A stretch of 62,821 nucleotides of DNA, counting the filler, from Nemertoderma westbladi (taxonomy: Eukaryota > Animalia > Xenacoelomorpha): the NCBI GenBank assembly GCA_032718475.1. It is 3 parts of 3 records of this genome, joined end to end, with 100 filler letters (N's around TTAATTAATTAA, not from the genome) between each part and the next. Parts side by side here need not be neighbours in the genome. Positions count along the whole stretch, not along the records: positions 1 to 27,942 come from JAUCBJ010004589.1; 2 more parts are not named here. One strand, written 5' to 3'. Below are positions 1 to 12,152 of the stretch, in pieces (the stretch's first letter is position 1; the number at the start of each line of letters is the position of its first letter). The notes under the pieces were generated by a model. It was not told the origin of the DNA, did no database searches, and worked only from the letters and a program-made list of their open reading frames with translations. A program made the position numbers and the translations under genes.

Positions 1-27
1 ATATGATAAGTTAAGTGATAAGTTAGT

Positions 28-1015
28 AACAACGATCCTAAAATTGTTGTTGGTGCTTATTTTAATTTTCTTAAAGAATGCGGCCGGCTCCCTTACTTAA
101 TTAGAGTTGATGCCGGAACCGAAAATGTTATTATTAAACGCCTCCACAAAGAACTGCGGTCGAGTTGTAACGAAGCAAGTGGTAACCGCAAGATCTTGCG
201 GTTACGTCGCATTCTGTGTGTGTTCCATGTCTGCATAAAAAAGTTTAGCTGTGTTTGTATTAGTTCAAAAAAACAATATCTTGCTGTTTGAATGTGGATA
301 GGATTGGTTGTATTATAAAACCCACTATTAACCATACTTTGGAATAGGTCTATCAGAAACTAATTAAGTAAGGGAGCCGGCCGCATTCTTTAAGAAAATT
401 AAAATAAGCACCAACAACAATTTTAGGATCGTTGTTACTCGGCAAGACATTTAACCAGAGTACTCTCCTTGAGAACCCGTCTATTGCCCCATGAATTGGA
501 AAGCCGTAGGGCGTTAACTTATCATATCCATCAATATGAACCGTGTGATTAGAACCTTTAGAATGGTATCGCGTACGTCGATGAAGTGTTTTTCGTAAGC
601 GAGATTTTACGCCTTCAGGATCTACATATTTCAAAATAAGTCTAACAGTTTCCTTAGAGACATTAATAAACGATCTGGACCATAATCTTTTACAAATTGA
701 TCGGTATCCACAATTTATACCACCGTACTCAAAAATTTCCACCAATATTCCGGATAATATTTCCTCAAACGAAGTATCGTAATCTCTACTGTGGAGATTC
801 ATATTGGCTTTATATCTTCGTACTGATCTTTCGGATAGAGCAATATTATGAACCGAGTTTAACATAGAGGCTGTCTCCTTAGCGGTGAATTGGAAATAGA
901 AATAGACAGTTATCAAATCATTTACAGAAAATCTGTTACAGCCTTCAGAAAATGTAAAAGGAAGATAATTATTTTGAGACATTTTAAGTAATATTCTAAT
1001 AATGAGACAATTCAA
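28..1015 (-). pseudogene. IS3-like integrase-core (DDE) transposase, scrambled
   Basis: ORF 353-1015 has GYRSI..., VDPEGV, HIDGYDKL.PYGFPIHGAIDGFSRRVLWL and NNDP. The continuation RVDAGTEN is on the + strand at 28-195. The later WNTHRMR segment is on the - strand at ~195-356. Confidence 0.8.
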
Positions 1016-1179
1016 ATGCAGAATATGTTCAACTCAAAACTGTGATCGGCCTGGCTACCACATCGAATCTTTTTTAAATTGCCCACATTAATATTAATTC
1101 ACAGGTACTGTTTACCGATTCGATAAAAAAAGGTGATCAAGGATACTGCAGCTTCAGTCTGATTGGCTTATTTATAGAA

Positions 1180-1785
1180 ACAAACTTGATTTGATGTTTG
1201 CTGGTAGAGAAACCATTCCAGCCAATTAGATTTGTTTCCCTGAGTTTTGTAAAGTCGTTCGAACGAGTTTGCAAAAGTCGGGAGAACAAAAAAAAAGATT
1301 ACAAAAAACAAACTTTTGTTTTCCCGAGTTTTGTAAAGTCGTTCGAACGAGTTTACAAAAGTCGGGTGAACAAAAAAAAAAGATTACAAAAAACAAACTT
1401 TTGTTTTCCTGAGTTTTGTAAAGTCGTTCGAACGAGTTTGCAAAAGTCGGGGAAACAAACTTGATTGGATGTTTGTTGGTATAGAAACCACTCCAGCCAA
1501 TTAGATTTGTTTTCCCGAGTTTTGTAAAGTCGTTCGAACGAGTTTACAAAAGTCGGGTGAACAAAAAAAAAAGATTACAAAAAACAAACTTTTGTTTTCC
1601 TGAGTTTTGTAAAGTCGTTCGAACGAGTTTGCAAAAGTCGGGGAAACAAACTTGATTGGATGTTTGTTGGTATAGAAACCACTCCAGCCAATTAGATTTG
1701 TTTTCCCGAGTTTTGTAAAGTCGTTCGAACGAGTTTACAAAAGTCGGGTGAACAAAAAAAAAAGATTACAAAAAACAAACTTTTG
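1180..1785. repeat. Subterminal composite tandem array of the IS3EU-like element
   Basis: Six copies of GAGTTTTGTAAAGTCGTTCGAACGAGTTT(G/A)CAAAAGTCGGG, containing the palindrome TCGTTCGAACGA, with two recurring spacer types. Confidence 0.9.
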
Positions 1786-2149
1786 GCCGCTCAGGGCCAC
1801 CATAGATTTGGGCCCCAAAACTAATATATGAACTCACAATTTCTATTGAGCTGAGGTTAGCTGCAATGTATTACTACGAGTAATGGTTAGAGGGCATTGC
1901 TGCTCGCTCCTCATTGGACCAGCAGACAGAAAACTCTCCACTCATACTACGTGGTTTATATAACAGCTCTGCCAGGCCTAAAGCCATTAACAGGTACCGG
2001 TAGTTGTCAACTTCTATTTAAAATACTAATAAAAGTACTCTAAATTAAATATAGATCACTTAGCAACCTTAACAACAATAAACTATACCCTTTTACTTGC
2101 AAATAGAAACGCAATAATTTTTATTGTCCGTTTAAATCCTTTTTTTGTC

Positions 2150-2452
2150 CTTTTTTTTTTTTACTTTTTATGTCCTCCAGAAATCTACCATTAGGTTCCA
2201 TGCTACCGGTTTCTCTACTGCTGTTCTCTCAGGCTATCAGTACCGGTATTATTTTTTTTTTGACTTTTTATGTCCTCCAGAAATTTACCGTTAGGTTCCA
2301 TGCTACCGGTTTCTCTACTGCTGTTCTCTCAGGCTATCAGTACCGGTATTAGTTTTTTTTTTACTTTTTATGTCCTCCAGAAATTTACCGTTAGGTTCCA
2401 TGCTACCGGTTTCTCTACTGCTGTTCTATCAGGCTATCAGTACCGGTATTAG
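2150..2452. repeat. ~100-bp tandem repeat, 3 copies
   Basis: ACTTTTTATGTCCTCCAGAAAT...CAGTACCGGTATTA recurs at 100-bp spacing and explains the duplicate ORFs at 2170 and 2270. Confidence 0.95.
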
Positions 2453-3909
2453 TATATAGAGCACTATTTTGCAGTATTGCATGTACAGATGAAGGTATAA
2501 AGCAGGTATTTTAGCTATTTTAGTACCGGTACCGGCACCGGTACTGCTGTAGGCCTACTGTGTAGCCAACCATTTAAATACGGTACTGGTAGGCCTACCG
2601 GCTGACCGGTTGTTTTGGTTAGAAAATCCCGCCTCTGTAACCTGCTCCTTTCCCTGATTTGGTAAAGTGACCGTTTATTGTTTTGGTTAGAAAGGCCCGC
2701 CTCTGTAACCTGCTCCTTTTCCTTCATTTTGTAAAGTGACAGTTTATTGTTTTGGTTTGAAAATTGACGGTGGTGGCGGTGGTGGCGGTAGCCATTAGGG
2801 CTGTATACTGTAGCATATATTGATATGATATAACATATGATAACAGGGATAATGTAATAACAGCTGACAAAGGGTAGCAGTAGGTTAAAGGTGTAATGTT
2901 GTAAACATGGTAGGACCTAGGTCATTTATACTATATTATATTATATACAGTAGGTTATACCAAGTTATGTAACAAGCATACTAGGGCTACAGATGTTTGT
3001 AATATATTTTATCCCGCCAGCTGAATACTGTAGCTCTTCCCAGTGTGCCAACTAATAGTATTATTATTGTAGTATAGTAGGCCTATACATTATATTGTAA
3101 CTCTAGCCAATTAGAGAGCTAAATGCCACAACACGTTTTTTCTTCATCATCACCATCGTCCATCACCATGTTGTCCAAAAATCTGCGGAAAAATGGAGAC
3201 AGGAAAGAAGCTAATAGCTTCTTAATTATACTTAATTCTTTGCTTTACACATCCACTGAATAATATTTGTAGTTCTAGATTGACTGGCCACCACATCCAT
3301 GTACAACTCATTGTTTATTTGTGACATAAATATTCACTCTTTACTTTAGTCAGCAGCATCAACAATCTGGTATAATGGTATTTTGTCCTCTGATTTAAGA
3401 GCCCTGAGCCCAACAAGGAAATATTCAGGAGGAAATAAAGTGATCTGATATTTATATCCCGGATAGCTGTATGATGGAATACCTTAGTATTTGCGGAAGC
3501 GGAATGCTGAGTTCTTCTGACGAAATTCTTGTCCATTGAAACCAGACAGCAGAAATTATCAACAATGTACAGATCCATCCAGACAAGTTAATGCTATCGA
3601 TTTACAGCTGATCTGAACCAATGACAAACATTGGTGGTAGCTTCTTCTACACTGTGTAAAAATTTTTAAACTCCATCCAATGTCTCCCACAGAACATCAA
3701 TGTCATCAGCCAATGTCAAAATATATTTTGTTGGTTATCCACCACTTCTGTTCCTGTTTATGGTATATTTCCAAACTGAAATGGATACTACCTACCTACG
3801 AATCTGCTAACTACACAAATTGTGAAATTATCAATGAAATAGCTGTACTAATTATAATATTGATAATAAATTTATCATATCGTTAGCTACAGGTAATCAC
3901 TTATTTAGG

Positions 3910-6900
3910 AGGGAGTACTCACACCTGTTATAAAGAAGGCTCGACTAAATCCAGAGTTAATAACTTTAGAATGATTTTAGAACTTTAGAACGAAAAAATT
4001 TTCGAGAGGGCTGTTGCGAACCATCTGATGAAATATATGAGCATAAACAAGATATTTGAACCACTACAGAGTTCTTATAGACTCCTTCACGGTACTGAAA
4101 CGCCATTACTCAAGGTCAATGATGAAATGCTCCGTACGTACATTGATTCTGGATCAGCTGTCGTTCTCGTTTTATTAAATCGAAGTGCAGCCTTTGACAC
4201 TGTTAATCATTGTGAGCTACTAGAAATGCTAGAACATGTCGAAGGGGGTCGATGGACCAGCTTTAGGTTGTTCTGAATCCTATTTATCTAACAGCACACA
4301 ACAGGTTCGTATCAATACAACCGACTCTAATGTATGTAATGTAATCTCTAATGTAATGTACTCTATGTTATGGTCTTCCACAGGGTTCGGTACTGGTCCG
4401 CTGTTGTTTGCGATATACATACACCCGTACTCTTTCCAATGTGATACGTAAACACGACACACAGCATATTTAAATATAGCATTTAGATATACAGTAGCAT
4501 TTTGATATACAGTGGCACATAAATATAGCTTTTAAATATAGCAACACATGTATATATAGCATTTAAACCCCTGAGTTCATCCACAGCTGTTTATGGCGTC
4601 TGATTTGAGCCAAAATATCTTAGAATTATAAATGTGTACCTTACATTTTTCATTAGCTTATATTTATAAGCATCGCTAAAAAGTATGGTATTTTATTTCA
4701 TTTGAATTTATACATCGCTTAAAAGTAAGCTATGTTTTATGTAGTTGACTTTAATAAATCGCTTAAAAGTAAGGTATTTTTTACAAGTTCTCTTAAAACA
4801 TCGCTTAAAAGTAAGCTATGTTTTTTGTATTTGCCGTGAAAATCGCTTATAAAGTAAGCTGTTTTTGCAATTGCCTTGAAAATCGCTTAAACGTATGGTA
4901 TTTTATTGCATTTGAATTTATACATCGCTTAAAAGTAAGCTATGTTTATGTAGTTGACTTTAATAAATCACTTAAAAGTAAGACAGTATAGTTACAGAGT
5001 ACTGCAGAAGCCAGTAGGTATGTCATCTGAAAATTTCATCTTTGAAATTGAAAGCCTAATACGGAGGTGCCAACAAATTGCAGATGATACATATAAGCAG
5101 CAGCTACTTTAGGCATTTTAGCTACTTTAAGCAATAGGTTTAATAACCAATGCAGCCATTCGCGGAGGCTTCGATTTAAATCAATTATTCCAGAATTACC
5201 TGTTGTACTGGTATCGGTGGTGCTAGGGCTATTACCTGTATTCCCATCCTCTATTAGGCGATCCAGTACATCAATCTTATATTGAAAAATACGTGTTAAA
5301 TATTCTATTATTATTTAAGTTTGAAAATGTCTCATCTTCTGAAATTTGTTGGCACCTCCGTATTAGGCTCTCAATTTCCGAGATGAAATTTTCGGATGCC
5401 ATACCTACTGCAGTGTAACTACTGTATACTGTTAACCGTACTGTCCGTATCGTGTACCCTACATACCAGAAATTCGATTTTACTGATCGAATACTGGAAT
5501 ACAACAATTGCTCAACAGCGCCCTCTTGTGATTTATTTACTAATTGCAGATATTTTCAACAACGCATTTGATTGGACAAAACACTGCAAAAACATAGCTT
5601 ACTTTAAACTATGTTTAAACGACACTGTAAAAACATCGCTTACTTTAAACTATGTTTAAACGACACTGTAAAAACATCGCTTACTTTAAACTATATTACT
5701 GCATAAACACATACTTCATTTTAAGCAACGTTGGAACAGAACTGCAATTAAATACCTTATTTAAAGCAATTTATTACAGTCAACTACATAAATATAGCTT
5801 ACTTTTAAGCGATGTTTTAACAGAACTTGTAAAAAATATCTTAATTTTAAGCGATTTAATAAAGTCAACTACATAAACATAGCTTATTTTTAAGCGATGT
5901 ATAAATTCAAATGCAATAAAATACCATACTTATAAGCGATGCTTATAAATATAAGCTAATGAAAAATGTAAGGTACACATTTGTAATTCTAAGGTATTTT
6001 GGCTCATATCAGACGCCATAGCTGTTGAGGTGATTGCACAATGTGTGTAACACGGACGAGATTGGAGAAAAGGCCATCAAAGGCGATTTGGGTGTTCAGC
6101 TTGCACCCCCTAGCGTACACATTGGAAATGACTTAATCAGGAGCAGTAATACAGCGCGTAATTCAAAACAAATATCCGCAACAGTGCGGGATGCATTCTA
6201 CCACTTTCGAAATGTATCGAAAATAATCGAAAAGAGTTATTGACTACCAGTAAAATTGAATAACAAATTACAGTATGTTCAGAACTCTGTGGCGCGACTG
6301 CTAGAGGCATTAAGATAGGGACCACGTCACTCCAGTATTATAGCGATTGCACTGGCTGCCGGCTCTGTGGTGCGACTGCTAGAGGCATCACGATAGGGAC
6401 CACGTCACTCCAGTATTATAGCGATTGCACTGGCTGCCGGAAAAACGTAGGATAGATTACAAGATCGCCACGCTGACGTATAAATGTTTACATGGAAGAA
6501 AACCTGATTGATTACGTCATAAATTAACCCCCTATGAACCTGCACGCGTACTACGATCGGCAGAACAATATTTACTGGTTGTCCCTGCTTACACAAATAT
6601 GGGAGACGATCCTTCTCGGTTGCTGCACCAATTATTTGGAACTCCCTCCTACGAGACATGCGGGGGGTTGGAACGCTAAACCTTTTAAAGCTAGACTTAA
6701 GACCCACCTTTTTAAATTGGAATATTGATGACTGTTTTTAATATTATTTTTTTTAATATAGTTTTAATTAGGTTTATTTTTTAACTTGTCTTATATTTAA
6801 CATCATTTTAATTAGGTTCATTATTAAATTGTCTTATATTTAATATAGTTTATATTAGGTACATTTTTAAGCGCCTTGAAATATGCCCGAAAGGCGCCAT

Positions 6901-6930
6901 ATAAATATAAATATATATTATTATTTTATT
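3910..6930 (+). mobile_element. Degenerate L2/CR1-group LINE (RT and 3' end), split by the insertion at 4592-6020
   Basis: LQSSYR..HGTET.LLKV.D and SAAFDTVNH lie before the insertion. KLQYVQNSVAR, HVTPVL..LHWLP and FKARLKTHLF lie after it. L2-type 3' end AAGCGCCTTGA...AAGGCGCCATATAAAT. Small internal tandem duplication at ~6285-6440. Confidence 0.85.
4592..6020. mobile_element. Non-autonomous TIR element with 6-bp TSD (IS3EU-like)
   Basis: TIRs TATGGCGTCTGAT(T/A)TGAGCCAAAATA... extend into arrays of CATCGCTTAAAAGTAAG. Perfect TSD GCTGTT at 4586-4591 and 6021-6026. Confidence 0.9.
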
Positions 6931-7515
6931 AAGTAATTAAACAGGACTAAGGATGAAATATATATTATTATTATAATAATTATACTGTGTAATGAAGTCC
7001 AAAGAATTGATAATTATTGTAATTTACATATGTATTGTAAAACCGGAAGGACACCCTACTGCTACAGGACTTTAAATGTGTGTGGATCTACCTCTGAAGT
7101 TTAAGCAAACAAATTAAAAAAAGTATTTCGAACATGTGGATGTGCTGTATATAATGTATTATGCATGAATTAGAAATTGAGAGAACCAGTTGTAAAGGTG
7201 TAATAATTATTATTGGTATTTTGGGTGGGTTGTTTCATGTTATTATAATTTTCGTTAGGAATAGTTTAGCAAATTTGGCAATGATATCCAGGTGGGATCG
7301 AACAGGGGACCTAACATTCCAGTTGGGCAGTCGATCTCACTAGCACGTAATAATTGCTGAAATTGTTAAGCTGTGCCCATCCAAAATTATAGTAAATGTC
7401 TAAGGAATGTCTGTAAATACTATTTTATTTTATATAAAGACCTGGAAAGTCATAATATTAGTCCTAAATACCCAGTACTGGTACTTCATGTAATAACCGT
7501 TCATAAATATTTCAG

Positions 7516-7757
7516 AAAGTACAACAACAACCCCTGCTTGGTATCAACTAACAACTGTTTGTGGACAAATTGGCTTTGGTATGTGGGCTGTTGTCCTGTT
7601 TGGAACCGTAGCAATATTCGTTATTCATGCATTCATCAAGAAACATCGCAAACATGTCTCGGATCAACAACTAACCATTACAGATACAGTTCCAGCATCA
7701 CAAATGAACGTCCGTAGACAGGATAAGCCACTATGGCGGGGCGAACCAAAACATTGA
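7516..7757 (+). CDS. Probable terminal exon of a single-pass membrane protein
   Basis: After acceptor TATTTCAG, the phase-1 frame reads STTTTPAWYQLTTVCGQIGFGMWAVVLFGTVAIFVIHAFIKKHRKH...EPKH*: Thr-rich stalk, hydrophobic helix, basic stop-transfer cluster. Confidence 0.5.
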
Positions 7758-8649
7758 GAAGCTTTCAAAAAATCATCTACATTGTACTTACAATTTTACA
7801 GTTATTACCTTTTGTTTGTGATTATAAAATAGTAAACATTCTGCGTGATTTATTTAAGCAAAAATATAGTGTTCATTAGCATTATGAATTTTCATGGAAG
7901 GTCAATACGAATTTTGAAACATTTTTTCTCACTATTATGTAGATAATGGGAAATCACTGATTCCGAATTATAATGCCATAATTTCTTAAGTGACGATTCC
8001 AGGATTGCGGCGAAGGTCCGAATAAGTATATTGCGGGAAAGTAGCTTGTTCCAGGGACGCGTCATTATAAACAAAGCAATATGCGGGACTCCATATGTCA
8101 TAGTACGTCGCCCCTGATGGACACTTTCGGACCTTTGACCCACTACTCTAAGTGAGGGGCCTAGTGGCATGATTAGTTTACCTTAAGATAGACTAACAAA
8201 ATATTCCAGAATTTTGTATATTTATTACAGCAGCGGAAGGAAATGCTACTGATGTTACTTTTGAATGCCCATAACTCAGCTACTGTAGTTCCCAACCAAA
8301 TTCAAATATTGTTATGTAAAATATTTGGAATCCTTGCATGGCACGGCCAGCTTTCCACTAGTACCAACAAATCACTACAAGGTTGAAATAATTACAGTAC
8401 GACTGTAGCAATATCGCTTATGATACTTTTATTAAACGCTTTTAGCTAAAGAATGAAAGCAAAAATACCAATTCTGACTCAACCATTAAGGGGGAGGAAG
8501 ATGAAACAAACTCTATTTCAAATTCATGAAATCTCATTAAGATTTGTAGAACAATATAAAGTGGGGGAGGGGGGGGGGGGCTATATAACGACGCTATATT
8601 TCAGTACATGGTGTACATCATTGGTTACATCACTAGGCACTAGGATGCT

Positions 8650-9300
8650 TCGCTGACCGGCCTCCCAACACAAAACAGTCAAAGTTCTCGAGTCCACAGT
8701 CATCGACCTTATTAAGGCCAGTGACTTTCACGAAGGACAATGGCTGATAACTACGTTTCCTCTCTCCTGCGGCTGTCTTAAAACAATATAGTGCACAGGC
8801 TGATCTACGGTGACAATGGCCAGCAAGTCCCTGCAGGGTAGTGCAGTTGGGCTTTGTCAATTCTCAGACGCTATCAAGATTGCACAACGAATAGATGATA
8901 GTCTTCTACTTGATCAACCAGGCCATCAAACAACTGAACACATTGACGGAGACTGTTTCAGCCAGGATCTTGGCCTATGAACATTTACAGGAGACATAAT
9001 CGAAGGCCTTGAAGAAGTCTACAAAGATGATGGGTACAGATAACTGACTCCCTTGTCTTATATACAATGTTCTAATCAACCGTCGAAGTACAAAAATGTG
9101 CTCCAGGGTACCATTTTTGTTCCATTCAAAACGATCCATTAAACGGTTCAACATTATTCTGTGGAGTAGTTTAGCTGCAATAGAAACCAGATTGAGTCCA
9201 CGATATAACCCATACGCATACAGTCTTAGGATACCTATCTTGGCGAAAATAACTAGTTTCTTGTGAGATCTTTGCGCGGTTGGAAAATGGAATCTATTAT
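8650..9300 (-). mobile_element. Old rearranged RTE-like LINE fragment
   Basis: Minus strand encodes LVSIAAKL, RIMLNRL, IIFVDFFKAFD and LAGHC.R, matching motifs of the 18553-21365 element. Confidence 0.65.
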
Positions 9301-10970
9301 AAATAAGAAAAACTCAGAAAGTACGTCATCCACACCATACCACAGTCTTTATTTGTTTCAAGAGAAGTTGCAGCAGTTTCTCAGAAAATGTGTGTGGGTA
9401 TCGCCTGTGGGGTGGGGTCTTTGATCACTGTGGAAAACACGTGATGTATAGTTAAGTAAACATGCAGTACTCGATCAATATTAACCTTGCAATCAGCCAA
9501 GCGATCAGCTCGAGATTCTGCGTTACCTTGGCAGTTGGTGCTTCCAGTAGTGCCTTTGTTTGGTTCTGAAAGAGTTGGGATATTTTTCCTCTTATTTGGA
9601 AGTAAAGGAATACTATTTCAACACTGAGTAGTGGGGTGAGTACAAAACAAAGACCAAATGCCCACTGTACAGAACAAAGAGGTAAAATCGTGTTAGGTCA
9701 CAAAGAGCGTTAGGTCCCATTGCCATTTAAAGGAGCAGGTTAGGAAATGAGCAGGGTACAGAGGCGTGTTGGGGGAAACAAAACAATCAATAGAAATTGA
9801 ACAATCAATAGACAAAAGTTAACACATGTTACAAAATTAAGCAGGTTACTTAATTGCGTCTTTGGTCTTTGTTTTGTACACACCCCTGAGCAGTGCGTAA
9901 TATCTGTCAGGACACTAACAGTGAGGTTGTCCTCCATGCAAAAATTACACTACATTACGGGTCATGGATGAGGTAAATAATTATTAAATAGCATTATCGT
10001 AGGTGTACACACAATAATAAGGTTAACAGAATAAGGTATGCCAAGTAAGGAAATTCTGTAAATATGATTGAATATTATAAATGGCCATTTTGTCTGATTT
10101 TAGAAGTCTGTTTGAAGAGTAAAATTAAAATTAAAGTTTTGCCATTCGGTCAGTGGTTGCGCAAAGAGTCTGGCGACATATTTCAGTTCGGTCCCCCAGA
10201 TCTATTCTTCCCTGAGGTATCTGGTACACATTTAGAGTGAGACCATTTAAGGGTGCGCGACTAAGATGCGCCCTGATTAGTACTTTTAAATAATTCTTGA
10301 CGAAATGCACACTATCAGACCCACTGCGGGGCTGGAACCCACGACTTTTGGAGTCAGAGATAAGAATTCAAAGTAATGGAGTGAACCTCAAAGGCATCCT
10401 GATCTTGCTTGTTATAATGGATTAGTAGAATAAACATTAATTAATTTCTTTAATTACAATACATATATTGTAATATAGTTAAGAAATTTTAATGCACATA
10501 AATTGTATTTAAAGTCACATTATAGTAATAATATATTTGTCAACCCACGCAACAGATAACATCAACAATCTATTCTAAGAGATGAACAGAAATAAATGCA
10601 GAATAAATATAATGTTCAATGAATCAAGAGCGAAATATGCCTTCTCTTGAATCTTTTGAGGTTATAGTTTAATGTTTAAATCGATAGATAAATAATAGTA
10701 ATACTTAAAGATGATATAGAGCTGTATCTATCCTATTTAATATAAACTTTTTAAATTCAAATTTCAACTATCAAATTAAATTATTCGTTGACAGTGGAAT
10801 TTAAAATTTTAATTCTTAAATGTCCGTCTAATGTTAAGCATTAATAAAGTAGCCCGAGTTCAATAATATAAATAACAACACTAAGTTTAATAACTGCACT
10901 CAGGTAAATCATCTGTTTGACATAATATTATATTATCAGTAACTGAACCCATGCACACGACGAAGGCGTT

Positions 10971-11146
10971 TCAATAGTAACTGCACTCTTTCAGATGACA
11001 AAGGCGCTTCTCCATTCTGGTGTCACATTGTTTCCCACCATGTCGCGGTTTCTGCAACCTGCTTCGGCGTCTCTTACTAACACCTCGGCCACAATCTTTG
11101 CTACATTTACTCCACTCCGCCCACGGCCCCAAAACGCAATCCTGAG
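10971..11146 (-). CDS. Terminal exon encoding a spondin-type TSP1 domain
   Basis: Acceptor TTCGTACAG. Reads QDCVLGPWAEWSKCSKDCGRGVSKRRRSRLQKPRHGGKQCDTRMEKRLCHLKECSYY* (WxxWxxCSxxCGxG, six Cys). Confidence 0.9.
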
Positions 11147-11942
11147 CTGTACGAACAGAAACACAATCAATATTAATAATAATATTGTGAAAGTCAATAT
11201 CAATAGAATAAAATTACTACCAATTGTATAACTTAACAATAAATATACAACACACATTTGTGATTAAAATGGAAGTTAGAATTGTAAATCACCAACAAAT
11301 TAAACTTTATTTCATATTTAAATGATAATTATTCGTGAACCATTTTGAAAATAATAAAAAAATTATAAGCCAGATATTATGACATAGCTGAGATTTTTCT
11401 TTTTATTCTATCTAACCAAGGCGTCCTAGAACTAGTAAAACAATTCGGCAACTAAATCATGTATAACAACTGAGGCCTACGGCCTCAGTTGTTATACAGA
11501 TTAATTTGCTTCAGGTATTATATCCGTATATTCCGTTCTCGAACAGACAATAATTAAAGTATATTCATCTGGAAAAGGTATATTAACCTCTAAAATTCGC
11601 TGCCGTTTTTTAAGCAAAAACCTCCCAGAATAAAATTTAATATTATAGTTTCACAATGTCGTGAAGTCCATATTCGACATCTTATTGGCAGATTTCTCGA
11701 GATTAGACAGAAAGCACTTCATCCAATCAGATGTCAGCAGGAATCGTTGCTTTTTAGCGACAGTCGCTATTCAGCAAAAAAATAGGCATTGAGGCAAAAA
11801 AGTCGGAGATATAGTAAATTATTTAAGTCAATTAAATAAGTGAATTACAATATATTTATTATTCACTTAATGCTTTATTGCTAATAGGCCTTTAATATAG
11901 GCTCAGCTCTCTAACTAGCCATGTAGTTATCATCTAACTAAC

Positions 11943-12152
11943 CACAAGATCGTTCTATGTAGCAGACAGCTCTCTCGTCAGTATTGTCTTGGCATCCCGA
12001 GTCCCCGTAGGTTGTATATGACTTCACTTCCCTAGTCCGCGTCTTGTGGCCCCGTCCGCAGGGTCTGGAACACTCCGACCATTCTGTCCAATCAGCCAGC
12101 AGACATTGCGTCATCGTGGTTCCACTTCCCGTTCCGTCCGCTTGTTTCCAGT
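11943..12152 (-). CDS. Internal exon encoding a TSP1 domain (same gene as 10971-11146)
   Basis: CAG acceptor, GTTAGT donor, 210 nt, phase 1-1. Reads WKQADGTGSGTTMTQCLLADWTEWSECSRPCGRGHKTRTREVKSYTTYGDSGCQDNTDERAVCYIERSC and splices in frame to the next exon. Confidence 0.88.

Larger units (their letters stand above)
1..1804 (-). mobile_element. IS3EU-like DNA transposon, one end plus rearranged transposase
   Basis: Minus-strand terminus TATGGTGGCCCTGAGCGGCC starts at 1804 (TAY-type end). It is followed by a subterminal repeat array and an integrase-core ORF. The other end is not in the window. Confidence 0.7.

Noticed and set aside
1240-1785. CRISPR-like array of palindromic repeats
   Set aside because: Spacers recur rather than being unique, there are no cas genes, the context is eukaryotic, and the array abuts a transposon terminus.
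3130-3890. Possible degenerate exons
   Set aside because: Many stops in all frames and no recognisable domain.
7985-8150. Possible minus-strand exon (KCPSGATYYDIWSPAYCFVY...)
   Set aside because: No recognisable domain or partner exon.
10140-10360. tRNA/SINE-like remnants (also ~7290-7340)
   Set aside because: Only partial box-like similarity; too degenerate to call.
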